From: Actinobacillus vicugnae
GTDB lineage: Bacteria > Pseudomonadota > Gammaproteobacteria > Enterobacterales > Pasteurellaceae
Reading direction: 5' to 3'
Length of the DNA stretch: 64,000 nucleotides
Assembly (NCBI RefSeq): GCF_901687125.1
Contig: NZ_CABFJY010000033.1
Coordinates: forward strand, 48,101-112,100
The position numbers and the translations under genes were made by a program. The notes under the pieces are model-generated. The model saw only the letters and a list, made by a program, of their open reading frames with translations. It did not search any database and was not told the origin of the DNA. Position 1 is the stretch's first letter; every line of letters starts with the position of its first letter. Of the stretch, positions 1-10,322 are shown in pieces.

Positions 1-393
1 AAAAAGCTGTATTTGCGTACGGATTACCATCGTCATCAATAAAATGAAATTGAATTTTATAATTTTTTTCTTTATTAAGTATAATATCTTCTGCAAATAA
101 AGAATCTATACTATAGTGCTCATCTCCATCCACCCAAACCAAGTTCTGCGAGCCGATTAAAATCGCACCACAGGAAATTCTCATTCCTTCTAAGGCTACA
201 CCTTTGCCATTGCTTGTCATTTTGGATGATCCCTCAATAATCGGAAAATTTCCGTTACATTTTGGGCAAGTAACTAAATCACCTTCTAAAGAAATGTTAT
301 TTCCCGATATACTCATTCCATGAGAACCTTGAATAACGATTCCGCCGTGCGTAGTTTTATCTCCAACAATTATTGCTCTACGACTCGCCATAT
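1..393 (-). CDS. PAAR-like domain protein, 5' part only; the gene continues past the left window edge. Start ATG at 393..391
   Basis: Reverse translation from 393 gives MASRRAIIVGDKTTHGGIVIQGSHGMSISGNNISLEGDLVTCPKCNGNF...GMRISCGAILIGSQNLVWV. The GDxxxHGGxVxxGS and CG..I.GS motifs are those of PAAR/PAAR-like zinc-binding cone domains. The ORF then runs on (…DGDEHYSIDSLFAEDIILNKEKNYKIQFHFIDDDGNPYANTAF…) to position 1 without a stop. It is not in the supplied ORF track because it is truncated. Confidence 0.5.
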
Positions 394-510
394 TTATTCC
401 TATTACATATTAATAAAATTATGCTGAATTATTATTTTGACTACGAAGATACCTCTCTTAAACGTTCATAGCATTTAAAATAGATAAAAATTAGATTCTA
501 TTTTTGAAAC

Positions 511-804
511 CTAAAATACTTTTTTAAATGGTTTGATAATGACATCGCCATATACACCTGCTTCTACATACGGATCTTCCGACGCCCAAACTTGCGCATC
601 TGCTAATGACTCAAACTCAGCAATCACTGTAGAGCCTGTTACGCCAGTGCCGTCTTCTGTGGGATTAGGACCTGCAATTAATAAACGCCCTTCTGCTTGC
701 AATTTTTCTAAACGAGCTAAATGTGCTGGGCGAACCTCCAAACGTTTTTCAAGTGTGTTTGGGTTATCTTGTGCAAAAATAACGTAGTACATAATTTTCT
801 CCAA
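511..804 (-). CDS. yciI: YciI-like protein
   Basis: 97 aa with the YciI-family fold signature. It sits next to yciA/yciB/yciC, as in enterobacteria. Confidence 0.75.
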   Translation of the reverse strand: MEKIMYYVIFAQDNPNTLEKRLEVRPAHLARLEKLQAEGRLLIAGPNPTEDGTGVTGSTVIAEFESLADAQVWASEDPYVEAGVYGDVIIKPFKKVF

Positions 805-815
805 TAATTGCTATT

Positions 816-1283
816 TTAGTTTTCATCATTAATAAGGCGCTGTTCCAAAATTGCCAACGCTTCATCTAATTCGGGGTTATTTTCACGAGGAATCGCGCGA
901 GATTTACCCTCTTTATCTACTGCAACATAGGTAAACAGCGCTTCAGTTACACGGAAACGCTCACGTGCACCTTCATAAACTTGCTTGATAAACACTTCCA
1001 CTTTCACTTGCATAGAAGAACGTCCAACTTTAACTAAAGTGCCGTAGCAACAAACCACATCACCTACAGAGATTGGTAGGTGGAAAATCATTTTATCAAC
1101 GGTTACCGTCACCACTCGCCCTTTTGCCAACTCTTTTGCCAAAATTGCGCCACCTAAATCCATTTGAGACATAATCCAGCCACCAAAAATATCACCATTT
1201 GCATTGGTATCGGATGGCATTGCAAGCGTGCGTAAAATTAGCTTGCCTTCTGGCTCTTTATCATAAGGTTTATTTTTGCTCAT
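816..1283 (-). CDS. yciA: acyl-CoA thioester hydrolase YciA (hotdog fold)
   Basis: 155 aa. The central region (…[21 protein letters not shown]…[21 protein letters not shown]…) is typical of YciA thioesterases. Confidence 0.85.
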   Translation of the reverse strand: MSKNKPYDKEPEGKLILRTLAMPSDTNANGDIFGGWIMSQMDLGGAILAKELAKGRVVTVTVDKMIFHLPISVGDVVCCYGTLVKVGRSSMQVKVEVFIKQVYEGARERFRVTEALFTYVAVDKEGKSRAIPRENNPELDEALAILEQRLINDEN

Positions 1284-1821
1284 TGGTATTCTCCAAATTT
1301 TTAAGGTAAGGATAGAGATATGCGCCTGTTGCGATTGCGGCTGCTAAGCTCAATCCTGTAAAGCCAAAGGTTTTAAATGTTGCCCAAACGTCATCAGAAA
1401 AATAAGTGCTAATCACAATATTAAGCAACATACAAACAATAAAAAAACCTGCCCAACCTAAGTTGAGATTATTCCAAACATTCACAGGGAGTTTTAATTC
1501 TTTGCCTAATAGTAATTGAATCAACGGCTTTTTAAACACAAATTGGCTCACTAATAACACCAACGCAAATAAGCCGTTAATAATGGTAACTTTCCATTTT
1601 AAGAAATTTAAATCATTAAAATAAGCGGTCAAAATGCCGAAGAAAATTACAAAAATGCCCACAATCCACTGCGATTTTTCAACTTTTTGATAAAGCACAC
1701 GCAATGCGATTAATTGCACTATTGTCGCAATCACTAACGTGATCGCTGCTTGCTGAACACCATATAATTTATACACGGCAAAAAATAAAATCAGTGGAAT
1801 AAATTCTAATAATTGCTTCAT
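1270..1821 (-). CDS. yciB: intracellular septation protein A (YciB/IspZ)
   Basis: 183 aa polytopic membrane protein beginning [18 protein letters not shown], the conserved YciB N-terminus. Confidence 0.85.
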   Translation of the reverse strand: MKQLLEFIPLILFFAVYKLYGVQQAAITLVIATIVQLIALRVLYQKVEKSQWIVGIFVIFFGILTAYFNDLNFLKWKVTIINGLFALVLLVSQFVFKKPLIQLLLGKELKLPVNVWNNLNLGWAGFFIVCMLLNIVISTYFSDDVWATFKTFGFTGLSLAAAIATGAYLYPYLKNLENTNEQK

Positions 1822-1832
1822 GTTCTGCCCTT

Positions 1833-2543
1833 TTATTGACGATATGCTTGATAAAAACGGAAGCTAAATACAGTAATAAATAAAGAGAAAAACGAACTCA
1901 GCAATACTGAAATGATCACGCCAATCTCGCCTTTTAGTAACACACTTAAAAATGACATCAAAATTTGTGGTACAAAATAAGCAATGATACAAAATAGCAC
2001 TAATGCGATACCTTTGCCTCGACTTAATTGCCAAGTAAAACGGATACTCTCTTTTACGCTCGGTAACTCTTCCACTAAATAGGCATAAACAGCTAAACAC
2101 AATTTAATAAACAAAAACGCCCCACTCACAATAAGTGGAAAAGCAACGAGTTCTAAGCCATTTCCAGATTGTCTTGCAAACACAAAAAAAGCAATCCCCA
2201 CCGAAATCGGTAAAACCATAATGACATTCAACCAAATAACAGAGAATAATTTGCTCGCCGCACTAGAGATATGCTGAAAGAAATGCTTAAAACTGCCATC
2301 ATTAATCGCTTTAATATTCAAAATTAACAAAGCAGTAATAAAAATATTAGCAACACCCATAAACATCAAAGGAAACAGGCCTGATAAAGTTATGTTTTGA
2401 GAGTTTGTACCACCTAATGGGATAAGAACTAGATTAGTAAATTGCAATGCACTAAATAAAATGATGGCAATTAACGAGAATTGCGTTTGATTACGGATAA
2501 AATTCCAACTATCTTGTAGTAAGTCTGGAAATTTAATTGGCAT
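1833..2543 (-). CDS. yciC: UPF0259 inner membrane protein YciC
   Basis: 236 aa multi-TM protein sitting immediately after yciA-yciB, which is the conserved synteny. Confidence 0.65.
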   Translation of the reverse strand: MPIKFPDLLQDSWNFIRNQTQFSLIAIILFSALQFTNLVLIPLGGTNSQNITLSGLFPLMFMGVANIFITALLILNIKAINDGSFKHFFQHISSAASKLFSVIWLNVIMVLPISVGIAFFVFARQSGNGLELVAFPLIVSGAFLFIKLCLAVYAYLVEELPSVKESIRFTWQLSRGKGIALVLFCIIAYFVPQILMSFLSVLLKGEIGVIISVLLSSFFSLFITVFSFRFYQAYRQ

Positions 2544-2684
2544 TTATCGTTCCTTCTATAACTGTAAAAAAATTGTTGCAAAGTATAGCAACTGTTCGCT
2601 ATTACTGCATTAAAATCTGTACATTTTCGCTAGAGAAAACTTATGCTATGCTGTTTTTATTATTTTTTGCACTAAATCACACTT

Positions 2685-3119
2685 ATGAATATGACTCTTC
2701 AAGCAGGGCAACGTTATCTTAACACCTACCCCAATAAAAAAAAGCTCGGGCTGTTTATGCCTGATTATCGGTTAATTCGTTTGGTAAAATTAGCCTCTCG
2801 TTTTATGCCTGCTTTCGCCTGTTTTTCCATTTTATGGCAATACTTTTTTGCAGATCCAAGCCAATCTATTCTTGCCAATGCCATTATCACTGCATTATTT
2901 GCGCTAAGTTTGCCATATCAAGGCTTATATTGGCTGGGTAAACGTGCTAGCTCGCCACTTCCGCTTTCGTTATTGGGTTGGTATCAAGAATTAAAACAAA
3001 AATTGATTAATGAAAATAAAAAAGTCGAAGATCAAGCAATGCCCTCTTATCAAGATTTTGCGAACTTACTGCAACTAGCCGAACAAACTTGGGGCGATGC
3101 ATATTTTGATAAACTCTAA
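2685..3119 (+). CDS. yfbV: UPF0208 membrane protein YfbV
   Basis: 144 aa. The motif …RFMPAFACFSILWQ…ALFALSLPYQGLYWLGKRASSPLP… matches the conserved YfbV core. Confidence 0.7.
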   Translation: MNMTLQAGQRYLNTYPNKKKLGLFMPDYRLIRLVKLASRFMPAFACFSILWQYFFADPSQSILANAIITALFALSLPYQGLYWLGKRASSPLPLSLLGWYQELKQKLINENKKVEDQAMPSYQDFANLLQLAEQTWGDAYFDKL

Positions 3120-3367
3120 TTTGCAAAAAAATGCTAAAATTAGACCGCTTGTCCGTGCATGAAAGCTTGCAAAAAATGTGGAAATCTTTAGTATGGCGGA
3201 CTTCATTTTTATTCGTACACCCAAAAATTTCGAAATTATGTAGCAAATGCACAAAAGTGCGAATTTGTTTCAATAAAGATGTAGAGGCAAATTGCATTCG
3301 CACCTACAACAAAATGCCTGTGTAACTGCTACATAATACCGAAAAATTTACTTAATTACCTAGTATT

Positions 3368-4324
3368 ATGAACCAAGAGACTCAATCAGCTACTCTCCAA
3401 CAAGAAAAAAAACTTGCCTATAATTTTAACAAATTACAAAAACGTTTACGTCGCAATGTGGGCAATGCGATTGCTGATTTCAACATGATTGAAGAAGGCG
3501 ATAAAGTAATGGTTTGCTTATCTGGTGGGAAAGATAGCTACACGTTATTAGATATTCTGCTCAATCTAAAATTAAGTGCACCAATTCATTTTGATATTGT
3601 GGCGGTAAATTTAGACCAAAAACAACCTGGTTTCCCAGAACATATTTTGCCTGAATACTTAGCATCTATTGGGGTAGAATACAAAATCGTTGAAGAAAAT
3701 ACTTACGGTATCGTAAAAGAAAAAATTCCTGAAGGAAAAACCACTTGCTCACTCTGCTCACGCTTACGCCGTGGGATTTTATATCGCACTGCAACCGAGC
3801 TTGGCGCAACAAAAATTGCACTGGGTCATCACCGCGATGATATGTTAGAAACACTCTTTTTAAATATGTTTTACGGCGGTAAGTTAAAATCAATGCCACC
3901 AAAACTGATTTCAGATGACGGTAAGCAAATTGTGATTCGCCCGTTGGCTTATTGCAAAGAAAAGGACATTGAAAAATATTCACAAGCGAAGCAATTCCCG
4001 ATCATCCCTTGTAATCTGTGTGGATCACAACCTAACTTACAGCGCCAAGTGGTAAAAGAAATGCTTCAAACTTGGGATCGCCAATACCCAGGGCGTATTG
4101 AAACCATGTTTAGCGCAATGCAGAACATTACTCTCTCGCATCTTTGCGATCCGACATTATTTGATTTCAAAGGGCTAAAACGAGGTCAAATGTTAGAGGG
4201 TGTAGAAGGTGATATTGCTTTTGATAAAGCCGAGCTCCCAACTCAGCCTCCTCTGATTCAAGATGAAGACGAGCAAATTGATTACAGCGAAAACGGTATG
4301 ATTCAATTTAAAGAAGTTCAATAA
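3368..4324 (+). CDS. ttcA: tRNA 2-thiocytidine(32) synthetase TtcA
   Basis: Contains the PP-loop SGGKDS and CxxC pairs (CSLCSR, CNLCGS). Length of 318 aa fits. Confidence 0.9.
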   Translation: MNQETQSATLQQEKKLAYNFNKLQKRLRRNVGNAIADFNMIEEGDKVMVCLSGGKDSYTLLDILLNLKLSAPIHFDIVAVNLDQKQPGFPEHILPEYLASIGVEYKIVEENTYGIVKEKIPEGKTTCSLCSRLRRGILYRTATELGATKIALGHHRDDMLETLFLNMFYGGKLKSMPPKLISDDGKQIVIRPLAYCKEKDIEKYSQAKQFPIIPCNLCGSQPNLQRQVVKEMLQTWDRQYPGRIETMFSAMQNITLSHLCDPTLFDFKGLKRGQMLEGVEGDIAFDKAELPTQPPLIQDEDEQIDYSENGMIQFKEVQ

Positions 4325-4329
4325 AAACA

Positions 4330-4359
4330 AAGAGCAAACTTTCGGGTTTGCTCTTTTCG
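4330..4359. terminator. Rho-independent hairpin (AAGAGCAAAC-tttcgg-GTTTGCTCTT) between ttcA and the convergent small membrane-protein gene
   Basis: Perfect 10-bp stem followed by a T-run on the + strand. Confidence 0.6.
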
Positions 4360-4394
4360 TTTACAAGCGGTCAAATTTAACTGCTTTTTTGCAT

Positions 4395-4703
4395 TTAAGC
4401 GGTGGCTAGTTTACGTCTCGCAAGGTTTTTATAAATGCCCATTGCAGAAATTGAAATCCAAAAAACCTCAATCACAAACGAACCTAAATTAAAATGTACA
4501 CACAAGCTAAGAATCAATAACACAGCACCAATGCCATTTAAAATATTATATGACAAAGATGTTGGTTTCCAGCGTTCACTCACGACAAACCAAAATGCCA
4601 ATACTACACACGCCATACCAATAAAACCGACAATATGCGCCGAAGTATTTACCAGCTCTAGCTGTGATGCGTCAAGCGCATCAAAATTCAACATACCACT
4701 CAT
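4395..4703 (-). CDS. small inner-membrane protein (~102 aa, about 3 TM helices), function unknown
   Basis: The internal ATG at 4703 is preceded by GGAGG with 7-nt spacing. The product MSGMLNFDALDASQ…FIGMACVVLAFWFVV…ILNGIGAVLLILSLCVHF…FVIEVFWISISAMGIY is strongly hydrophobic. The longer 179-aa ORF in the track adds a non-protein-like N-terminus that overlaps the malS 3' end. Confidence 0.5.
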   Translation of the reverse strand: MSGMLNFDALDASQLELVNTSAHIVGFIGMACVVLAFWFVVSERWKPTSLSYNILNGIGAVLLILSLCVHFNLGSFVIEVFWISISAMGIYKNLARRKLATA

Positions 4704-4800
4704 TTTTTTCCTCCGTTTTCTTATTGAATTTGTAGCACAAATTCCCCTCCATTTTGGCAAGAGGGAGTCGGAGTATACCCCAGTTTTTCGTGGTGTAAAA

Positions 4801-6870
4801 TTAAAAATTCCCTGCCCAAACCACCATAATTTGGTCATTTTGATAGCTTCGGCTGAAAGCAAAATACCGCTCATTAGATGTAATCGTTTGCTCCCCTTTT
4901 CCCACCGCAATGTGATTTTTTCTGAAATTGGCAAGGATTTGCCAGTGCGATTTTAGCGCTTGATTTGTTTGCTTATTTTTTAAACTATCCCAATTCATAT
5001 CTGAACGTGTCCCTTGAATAGGATCCGAGCCAGTCGAACCAAATTCACGTCCGCTTTCATCACCATAAAAGATTTGCACTGCACCAGGTGCTAGCATTAA
5101 TAAATTTGCAGCGGTCTTTTGTTTATTAAAATCTCGCTCGCTATCTGAATGAAAAAATAAACGTGTATCGTGTGAAGAAAGGTAGCTCAACATATTAAAA
5201 TCGGTGAGTTTTTCACTCATTTTCTGATAAGTCGGCTCAATATTGGCAAAACAAGCTAAACTTTGTTTCGCTTGATCTTGAAAGTCAAAATTTAGCATTG
5301 CATCAAAACCATGTTGGAAATAATCGCTTTTAATCACAGTATGCCCCCAAGCCTCGCCCACCATCCAAAATTTATCATTAAATTGCTGTTGTGGATTATG
5401 CGCTTGCCATTCTTGCAACGCTTTTTCTGCCGACTGTTTTAACGCCAGCCAACTATTTTTTTCAACATGCTTTGCTGTATCAACTCGAAAGCCGTCCACC
5501 CCATATTTTCTCACCCAATCCGAAAGCCAACCAATTAAGTAATCTGCAACCGTTGTATTTTCACGCTCGATGGCATTGGTATGCTTATTTGCAAAAAATT
5601 GCGGTAATTTAACCGCTTGTTGTGCCTCGGTTTTTAAATCCGGCAACGATGCCAATGACATACGCAAATCATCAAATTTAGGGCTGTCATAATCGCCTAA
5701 ATCCGAACGTACCCAATCTTTGCCCCACCATTTTGCCCAAGCATTTTTATCGGAAAAATTGATAAAGTTATTAAATGAATGCCAATTTTGCCCTGATTTT
5801 GGCGTCCAATTCGTCCATTTTTCACCTAAAGTTTGCTGAATTTCATCGCCTTTTAAATGAAGTGAACCAAAGCCAAACTCTTGCATATCCGCCAGTGTCG
5901 CATAACCTGTATGGTTCATCACAATATCAAAAATGACCCGAATGCCTCGTTGGTGAGCTTGTTCAATTAAATGTTGTAGCTCTTGTTCTGAGCCCATATT
6001 GGCATCAATTTTTGTCCAATCTTGATGATAATAACCATGGTAGGCATAATGTGGAAAATCTCCCTTTTCTCCGCCCCCAACCCAACCGTGAATTTGCTCT
6101 AAGGGCGAACTAATCCATAACACATTCACACCAAGCTCCTGCAAATAATCCAGTTTTTGCGTAAGCCCCTTCAAATCACCGCCATGAAATGTACCGATTT
6201 CTTGCATGCCGTCATTTCGTCTACCATAACTATGATCATTGCTTGGATCGCCATTATAAAAACGATCGGTAAGCACAAAATAAACCGTTGCATTGTGCCA
6301 ATCAAATTCTACACTCGTTCGAGTCACGGCTCTCTCTAATAGTAATAAACCGTTTGAGCCTGGCGCTGGTTGTAAACGAATTTTGCCATTTATCACCTGA
6401 GCAATTTGCCCTGAATAAGCATCTCGAATGTTTTCACCTTCTTTAAAGGTATTTTTTACGTCAATTTCGACCGTTTGCCCGTCCCAAACAGGACAAATTT
6501 TCGGCTTCGTTTCCGCAGTTTGTTCGATACTTAAACGTAAGGTTGGTGTGCCACTTCTTAAATCAATTTGTACGTGATAATTACCGTCACGAAACACTCG
6601 AAATTGTGGAATGTTTGCGCTACAAGGCACTAAAGAAATAGTTTGATTTAGCTTAATCGCTGATTGAGATTGAAAACACTTTTGCGCCACCTGAAAAGTG
6701 AGTGGATAAACACCCTTCTTCAACATTTGCGTGGCTTGTAATTGTAAATCTTCTGTTTGTATTAATTCTGGAAATAATTCACTTTGCCAATTATTGGCGA
6801 AAGCGTTTGGTAACGGTAACCCCAGTGCAGAACAAAACGCCCAAGTACAAAAATTTTTGACTAAATGCAT
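4801..6870 (-). CDS. malS: periplasmic alpha-amylase (GH13, MalS-like)
   Basis: 689 aa with an N-terminal signal peptide and the GH13 conserved regions (…GFRVDTAKHV…, …MVGEAWG…, …SSHDT…). Confidence 0.85.
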   Translation of the reverse strand: MHLVKNFCTWAFCSALGLPLPNAFANNWQSELFPELIQTEDLQLQATQMLKKGVYPLTFQVAQKCFQSQSAIKLNQTISLVPCSANIPQFRVFRDGNYHVQIDLRSGTPTLRLSIEQTAETKPKICPVWDGQTVEIDVKNTFKEGENIRDAYSGQIAQVINGKIRLQPAPGSNGLLLLERAVTRTSVEFDWHNATVYFVLTDRFYNGDPSNDHSYGRRNDGMQEIGTFHGGDLKGLTQKLDYLQELGVNVLWISSPLEQIHGWVGGGEKGDFPHYAYHGYYHQDWTKIDANMGSEQELQHLIEQAHQRGIRVIFDIVMNHTGYATLADMQEFGFGSLHLKGDEIQQTLGEKWTNWTPKSGQNWHSFNNFINFSDKNAWAKWWGKDWVRSDLGDYDSPKFDDLRMSLASLPDLKTEAQQAVKLPQFFANKHTNAIERENTTVADYLIGWLSDWVRKYGVDGFRVDTAKHVEKNSWLALKQSAEKALQEWQAHNPQQQFNDKFWMVGEAWGHTVIKSDYFQHGFDAMLNFDFQDQAKQSLACFANIEPTYQKMSEKLTDFNMLSYLSSHDTRLFFHSDSERDFNKQKTAANLLMLAPGAVQIFYGDESGREFGSTGSDPIQGTRSDMNWDSLKNKQTNQALKSHWQILANFRKNHIAVGKGEQTITSNERYFAFSRSYQNDQIMVVWAGNF

Positions 6871-7105
6871 AAAGCCTCCCGATAAATAAATTAGACGCGA
6901 TACAATATAATGTTAAAAATTAAGTCAAAAAACCTCCCCATTCCAAAAGCTAAAGTAGGAGGAAAAGGGCGTAAAAATGCCCAAAAGACAACCGCTTTAA
7001 AGGCAAGTTCCATTATTTTGTTTATTCTGTAAAAAAATACTCGACAACTGTATTTTTTCCGTTACATTAAAAGCTTATTTTTCTATTACAAAAGGGTAAA
7101 ACACA

Positions 7106-8482
7106 ATGTTCTCTAACGAAGTTGTTATCTCAATTATCGTATTGCTTGGTTTGAGCTTGCTCAGAATCAATGTGGTAATTGCGCTAATTATTGCCGCATT
7201 AACCTGTGGGGTGATCGGTTTTTATGGGGTTGATGGAATGAGCCTATTTGAAGCGCTCACAAAAACCATTGAAAAATTTACAGGCGGTTTAGGCGGTGGC
7301 GCTGAAACTGCAATGAATTATGCCGTACTCGGCGCATTTGCTGTTGCACTCTCAAAATCAGGAGTAACAGATTTACTTGCCTATAAAGTGATTTCTGCAT
7401 TTGGTTCTCGCCCTTCTGGACGCTCAGTTTTTTGGTTTAAATATATTGTTTTATTTGTATTAACCGCCTTTGCAATTTCATCACAAAACTTAATTCCAAT
7501 TCATATTGCGTTTATTCCGATTGTAGTTCCGCCTCTTTTAAGTGTGATGAATCAATTAAAAATTGACCGCCGTGCGGTAGCTTGCGCTTTAACTTTCGGT
7601 TTAACCGCAACTTATATGTTAATTCCAGCGGGTTTCGGTCAAATTTTTATTGAAAGCGTTTTGGTAAAAAATATTAACCATGCAGGACAAGCATTTAATT
7701 TAGTTGCAACCACACCAGAAATGACTAAAGCAATGGCAATCCCTGTATCGGGTATGATTTTAGGTTTACTTTTTGCATTTTTTGTTTCCTACCGTAAGCC
7801 TCGTACTTATATAGAAAACGTGAAAGAGCCAACCGCTGATGAAGTTGCTGCTCGTGTAGCGAAAGTAAAACCATTCCAGATTGGCGTGAGTATTGTTGCG
7901 ATTCTTACGACTTGTTCTGTGCAATTAGCGACAAACTCAACCGTAATGGGAGGGCTAGTAGGGTTAATTATTTTTGCATTAGGCGGTGTGTTTAAATTAA
8001 AACAAACTAACGATTTATTCCAAGACGGCTTACGTCTAATGGCAATGATTGGTTTTGTAATGATTGCAGCATCTGGCTTTGCAAGTGTTGTCAATGCAAC
8101 AGGTGGCGTACCTGAATTAGTAGAAGCGTTAAGAGACTCAATTCAAAGCAAAGAAATGGCAGCATTATTGATGTTAGTGGTTGGTTTATTTATCACCATG
8201 GGAATTGGTTCTTCATTCTCAACAGTGCCAATTATTACTTCAATTTATGTACCACTTTGTGTTTCATTTGGTTTTTCACCGTTAGCTACCATGGCTATTG
8301 TAGGTGTTGCAGCAGCACTGGGCGACGCAGGTTCACCTGCTTCAGACTCAACTTTAGGTCCAACATCGGGCTTAAACGCAGACGGCAAACACGACCATAT
8401 TTGGGATTCAGTTGTACCTACTTTTTTACACTTTAACATTCCATTATTAATGTTCGGCTGGATTGCAGCAATGACACTTTAA
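7106..8482 (+). CDS. NhaC-superfamily transporter (YuiF/DUF1504-like, putative histidine or Na+/H+ transporter)
   Basis: 458 aa polytopic protein. The motifs GGLGGGAETAMNYAVLGAFAVALSKSG and GDAGSPASDSTLGPT resemble YuiF-type permeases. The family call is from memory and is approximate. Confidence 0.55.
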   Translation: MFSNEVVISIIVLLGLSLLRINVVIALIIAALTCGVIGFYGVDGMSLFEALTKTIEKFTGGLGGGAETAMNYAVLGAFAVALSKSGVTDLLAYKVISAFGSRPSGRSVFWFKYIVLFVLTAFAISSQNLIPIHIAFIPIVVPPLLSVMNQLKIDRRAVACALTFGLTATYMLIPAGFGQIFIESVLVKNINHAGQAFNLVATTPEMTKAMAIPVSGMILGLLFAFFVSYRKPRTYIENVKEPTADEVAARVAKVKPFQIGVSIVAILTTCSVQLATNSTVMGGLVGLIIFALGGVFKLKQTNDLFQDGLRLMAMIGFVMIAASGFASVVNATGGVPELVEALRDSIQSKEMAALLMLVVGLFITMGIGSSFSTVPIITSIYVPLCVSFGFSPLATMAIVGVAAALGDAGSPASDSTLGPTSGLNADGKHDHIWDSVVPTFLHFNIPLLMFGWIAAMTL

Positions 8483-8494
8483 TTTTTATTTACG

Positions 8495-8550
8495 CCACGG
8501 ATAATGCAAATTTTTGCGGAAAAATGACCGCTTATTTGTATTATCCGTGG
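8495..8550 (+). terminator. Hairpin CCACGGATAAT…ATTATCCGTGG with a reverse USS in the loop
   Basis: 11-bp inverted repeat followed by a T-rich stretch after the transporter stop. Confidence 0.55.
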
Positions 8551-8569
8551 TTTCTATTTGGGTTTAATT

Positions 8570-9373
8570 ATGAAATTTATTTCTTTTAATATTAATGGGT
8601 TACGCGCTCGTCCTCATCAGTTAGAAGCGCTCATTGAAAAACATCAGCCCGATATTATCGGCTTACAAGAAATTAAAGTAGCCGATGAAGATTTTCCGTG
8701 GGATTTAGTGAATCATTTAGGCTATCACGTGTTTCACCACGGTCAAAAAGGCCATTATGGAGTGGCACTGTTAACCAAAAAACAACCGCTTGCAGTGCGT
8801 AAAGGCTTCCCAACAGATAGTGCAGATGCTCAAAAACGGATGATTATGGCGGATATTGAAACAGAATTTGGTGTACTGACTGTGCTAAATGGCTATTTTC
8901 CACAAGGAGAAAATCGCGCGCATGAAACCAAATTCCCTGCAAAACAAAAATTCTATGCTGATTTGCAAAACTATTTAGACAGCGAACTTTCACCTGAAAA
9001 GCCTATAGTGATTATGGGAGATATGAATATCAGCCCAACTGATTTAGATATTGGTATCGGTGAGCCAAATCGTAAACGCTGGTTGCGTGATGGCAAATGC
9101 TCTTTCTTACCTGAAGAACGTGAATGGTTAGATCGTTTATATCATTATGGTTTAGTTGATACTTTTCGTGCAATGAATCCAGAAGCATCGGATAAATTCT
9201 CGTGGTTTGATTACCGTTCAAAAGGATTTGATGATAATCGAGGATTACGCATTGACTTAGTACTTGCCTCAAAACAATTAGCAGAGCGCTGTGTAGAAAC
9301 AGGAATTGATTTAGAAATCCGAGCAATGGAAAAACCTTCTGATCATGCCCCTGTTTGGGCAGTATTTAAATAA
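8570..9373 (+). CDS. xthA: exodeoxyribonuclease III
   Basis: [18 protein letters not shown]… is the canonical XthA N-terminus. …SDHAPVW… appears at the C-terminus. The ATG at 8570 is preferred over the TTG at 8558. Confidence 0.9.
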   Translation: MKFISFNINGLRARPHQLEALIEKHQPDIIGLQEIKVADEDFPWDLVNHLGYHVFHHGQKGHYGVALLTKKQPLAVRKGFPTDSADAQKRMIMADIETEFGVLTVLNGYFPQGENRAHETKFPAKQKFYADLQNYLDSELSPEKPIVIMGDMNISPTDLDIGIGEPNRKRWLRDGKCSFLPEEREWLDRLYHYGLVDTFRAMNPEASDKFSWFDYRSKGFDDNRGLRIDLVLASKQLAERCVETGIDLEIRAMEKPSDHAPVWAVFK

Positions 9374-9375
9374 CC

Positions 9376-9440
9376 ACAAGCGGTCAAATTTACTGGATTT
9401 TTTGCAAATTCTCCGTGAAATTTGACCGCTTGCTTTTTTA
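9376..9440. terminator. Inverted USS pair (ACAAGCGGTCAAATTT … AAATTTGACCGCTTGC) plus T-run; bidirectional terminator for xthA and lysR
   Basis: Seen directly. The two USS copies form a long stem. Confidence 0.6.
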
Positions 9441-10322
9441 GCTTTTTGGTAATAACTCCCAAAATGCCTTGATAATGGGTTCTTGTAATCGTTTTTCTTG
9501 CACACAAATGCCTAGCTCGAATGGCGATATTGGTGCGGGCAATTTTAGATAGGAAATCTGATTATTCATTGGGCTGTGCTTAATCACCACATCGGGCAAT
9601 AATGCCACGCCACAACCTAACGCTACCATCGGTACAATCGCCTCATGGCCTGTAACCGTGGCATAAATATGCGGCTCTTTGATTTTTTGCTCTTTGAACC
9701 AACGGTCAATCCGCTTTCGAACAGGCCCATCAACAGGCAGAATAAACGGTACATTTTGCCAATCAATTGGCTGTTGCTGTAAACATTGCGTTGCCATGCA
9801 AGCTACGCGAGGCGCAATCACCGAAAGATGAATATCATCAATATAATGAAAAACAACACTATTTGGTAAATGCTCGGGTTTACCCGTTAAAGAAATATCT
9901 GCTTCAAAAGCATGTACCGTATTCACTGCTTGGGCAGGATCCCCCGTGCTAAGTTTAATTTCTACCTTAGGATAAGCTTGTCGAAAACGCTCTAAAATTT
10001 GCGGCAAATGACTATATGCTGCCGTTACCGAACAAAATACTTTCAGTTCCCCTTCTAATTCTCCCTGGGTAGGTGAAAGCTGACGCTGTAGTTGTTGCCA
10101 TTCCGACCAACTTTGTGTTGCAAAAATCAGAAATTTTTCGCCCGCTTCTGTTAAACGTACCTGGCGATTATCTCTAATCAATAACGGTTGCCCCAATTCC
10201 TCTTCAATGCGTTGAATATGGCGCGTGAGGGTCGAAGCGCTCATATAATTATTTTCAGCCGAACGAATAAAACTGCGTGTTTGGGCAATATCTAAAAACA
10301 ATTTAAGTGATTGGAATTCCAT
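9438..10322 (-). CDS. LysR-family transcriptional regulator
   Basis: N-terminal helix-turn-helix (LKLFLDIAQTRSFIRSAENNYMSASTLTRHIQRIEEELGQPLLIR) followed by a LysR substrate-binding domain. Its ATG directly abuts the stop of the upstream GT9 gene (TAAATG). Confidence 0.85.
   Translation of the reverse strand: MEFQSLKLFLDIAQTRSFIRSAENNYMSASTLTRHIQRIEEELGQPLLIRDNRQVRLTEAGEKFLIFATQSWSEWQQLQRQLSPTQGELEGELKVFCSVTAAYSHLPQILERFRQAYPKVEIKLSTGDPAQAVNTVHAFEADISLTGKPEHLPNSVVFHYIDDIHLSVIAPRVACMATQCLQQQPIDWQNVPFILPVDGPVRKRIDRWFKEQKIKEPHIYATVTGHEAIVPMVALGCGVALLPDVVIKHSPMNNQISYLKLPAPISPFELGICVQEKRLQEPIIKAFWELLPKS

Noticed and set aside
533-787. 84-aa + strand ORF
   Set aside because: Lies entirely antisense within yciI.
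1864-2100. 78-aa minus-strand ORF
   Set aside because: Alternative frame inside yciC.
3007-3325. Overlapping ORFs 3007..3303 (-) and 3131..3325 (+) between yfbV and ttcA
   Set aside because: They are mutually overlapping, lack an SD, and the region contains a USS element. Most likely non-coding promoter/terminator DNA.
4435-4956. 173-aa ORF on the + strand, and the 179-aa version of the minus-strand ORF 4395..4934
   Set aside because: The + ORF is low-complexity and overlaps the malS 3' end and the small membrane gene. The long minus version has no SD, while the internal ATG at 4703 has GGAGG.
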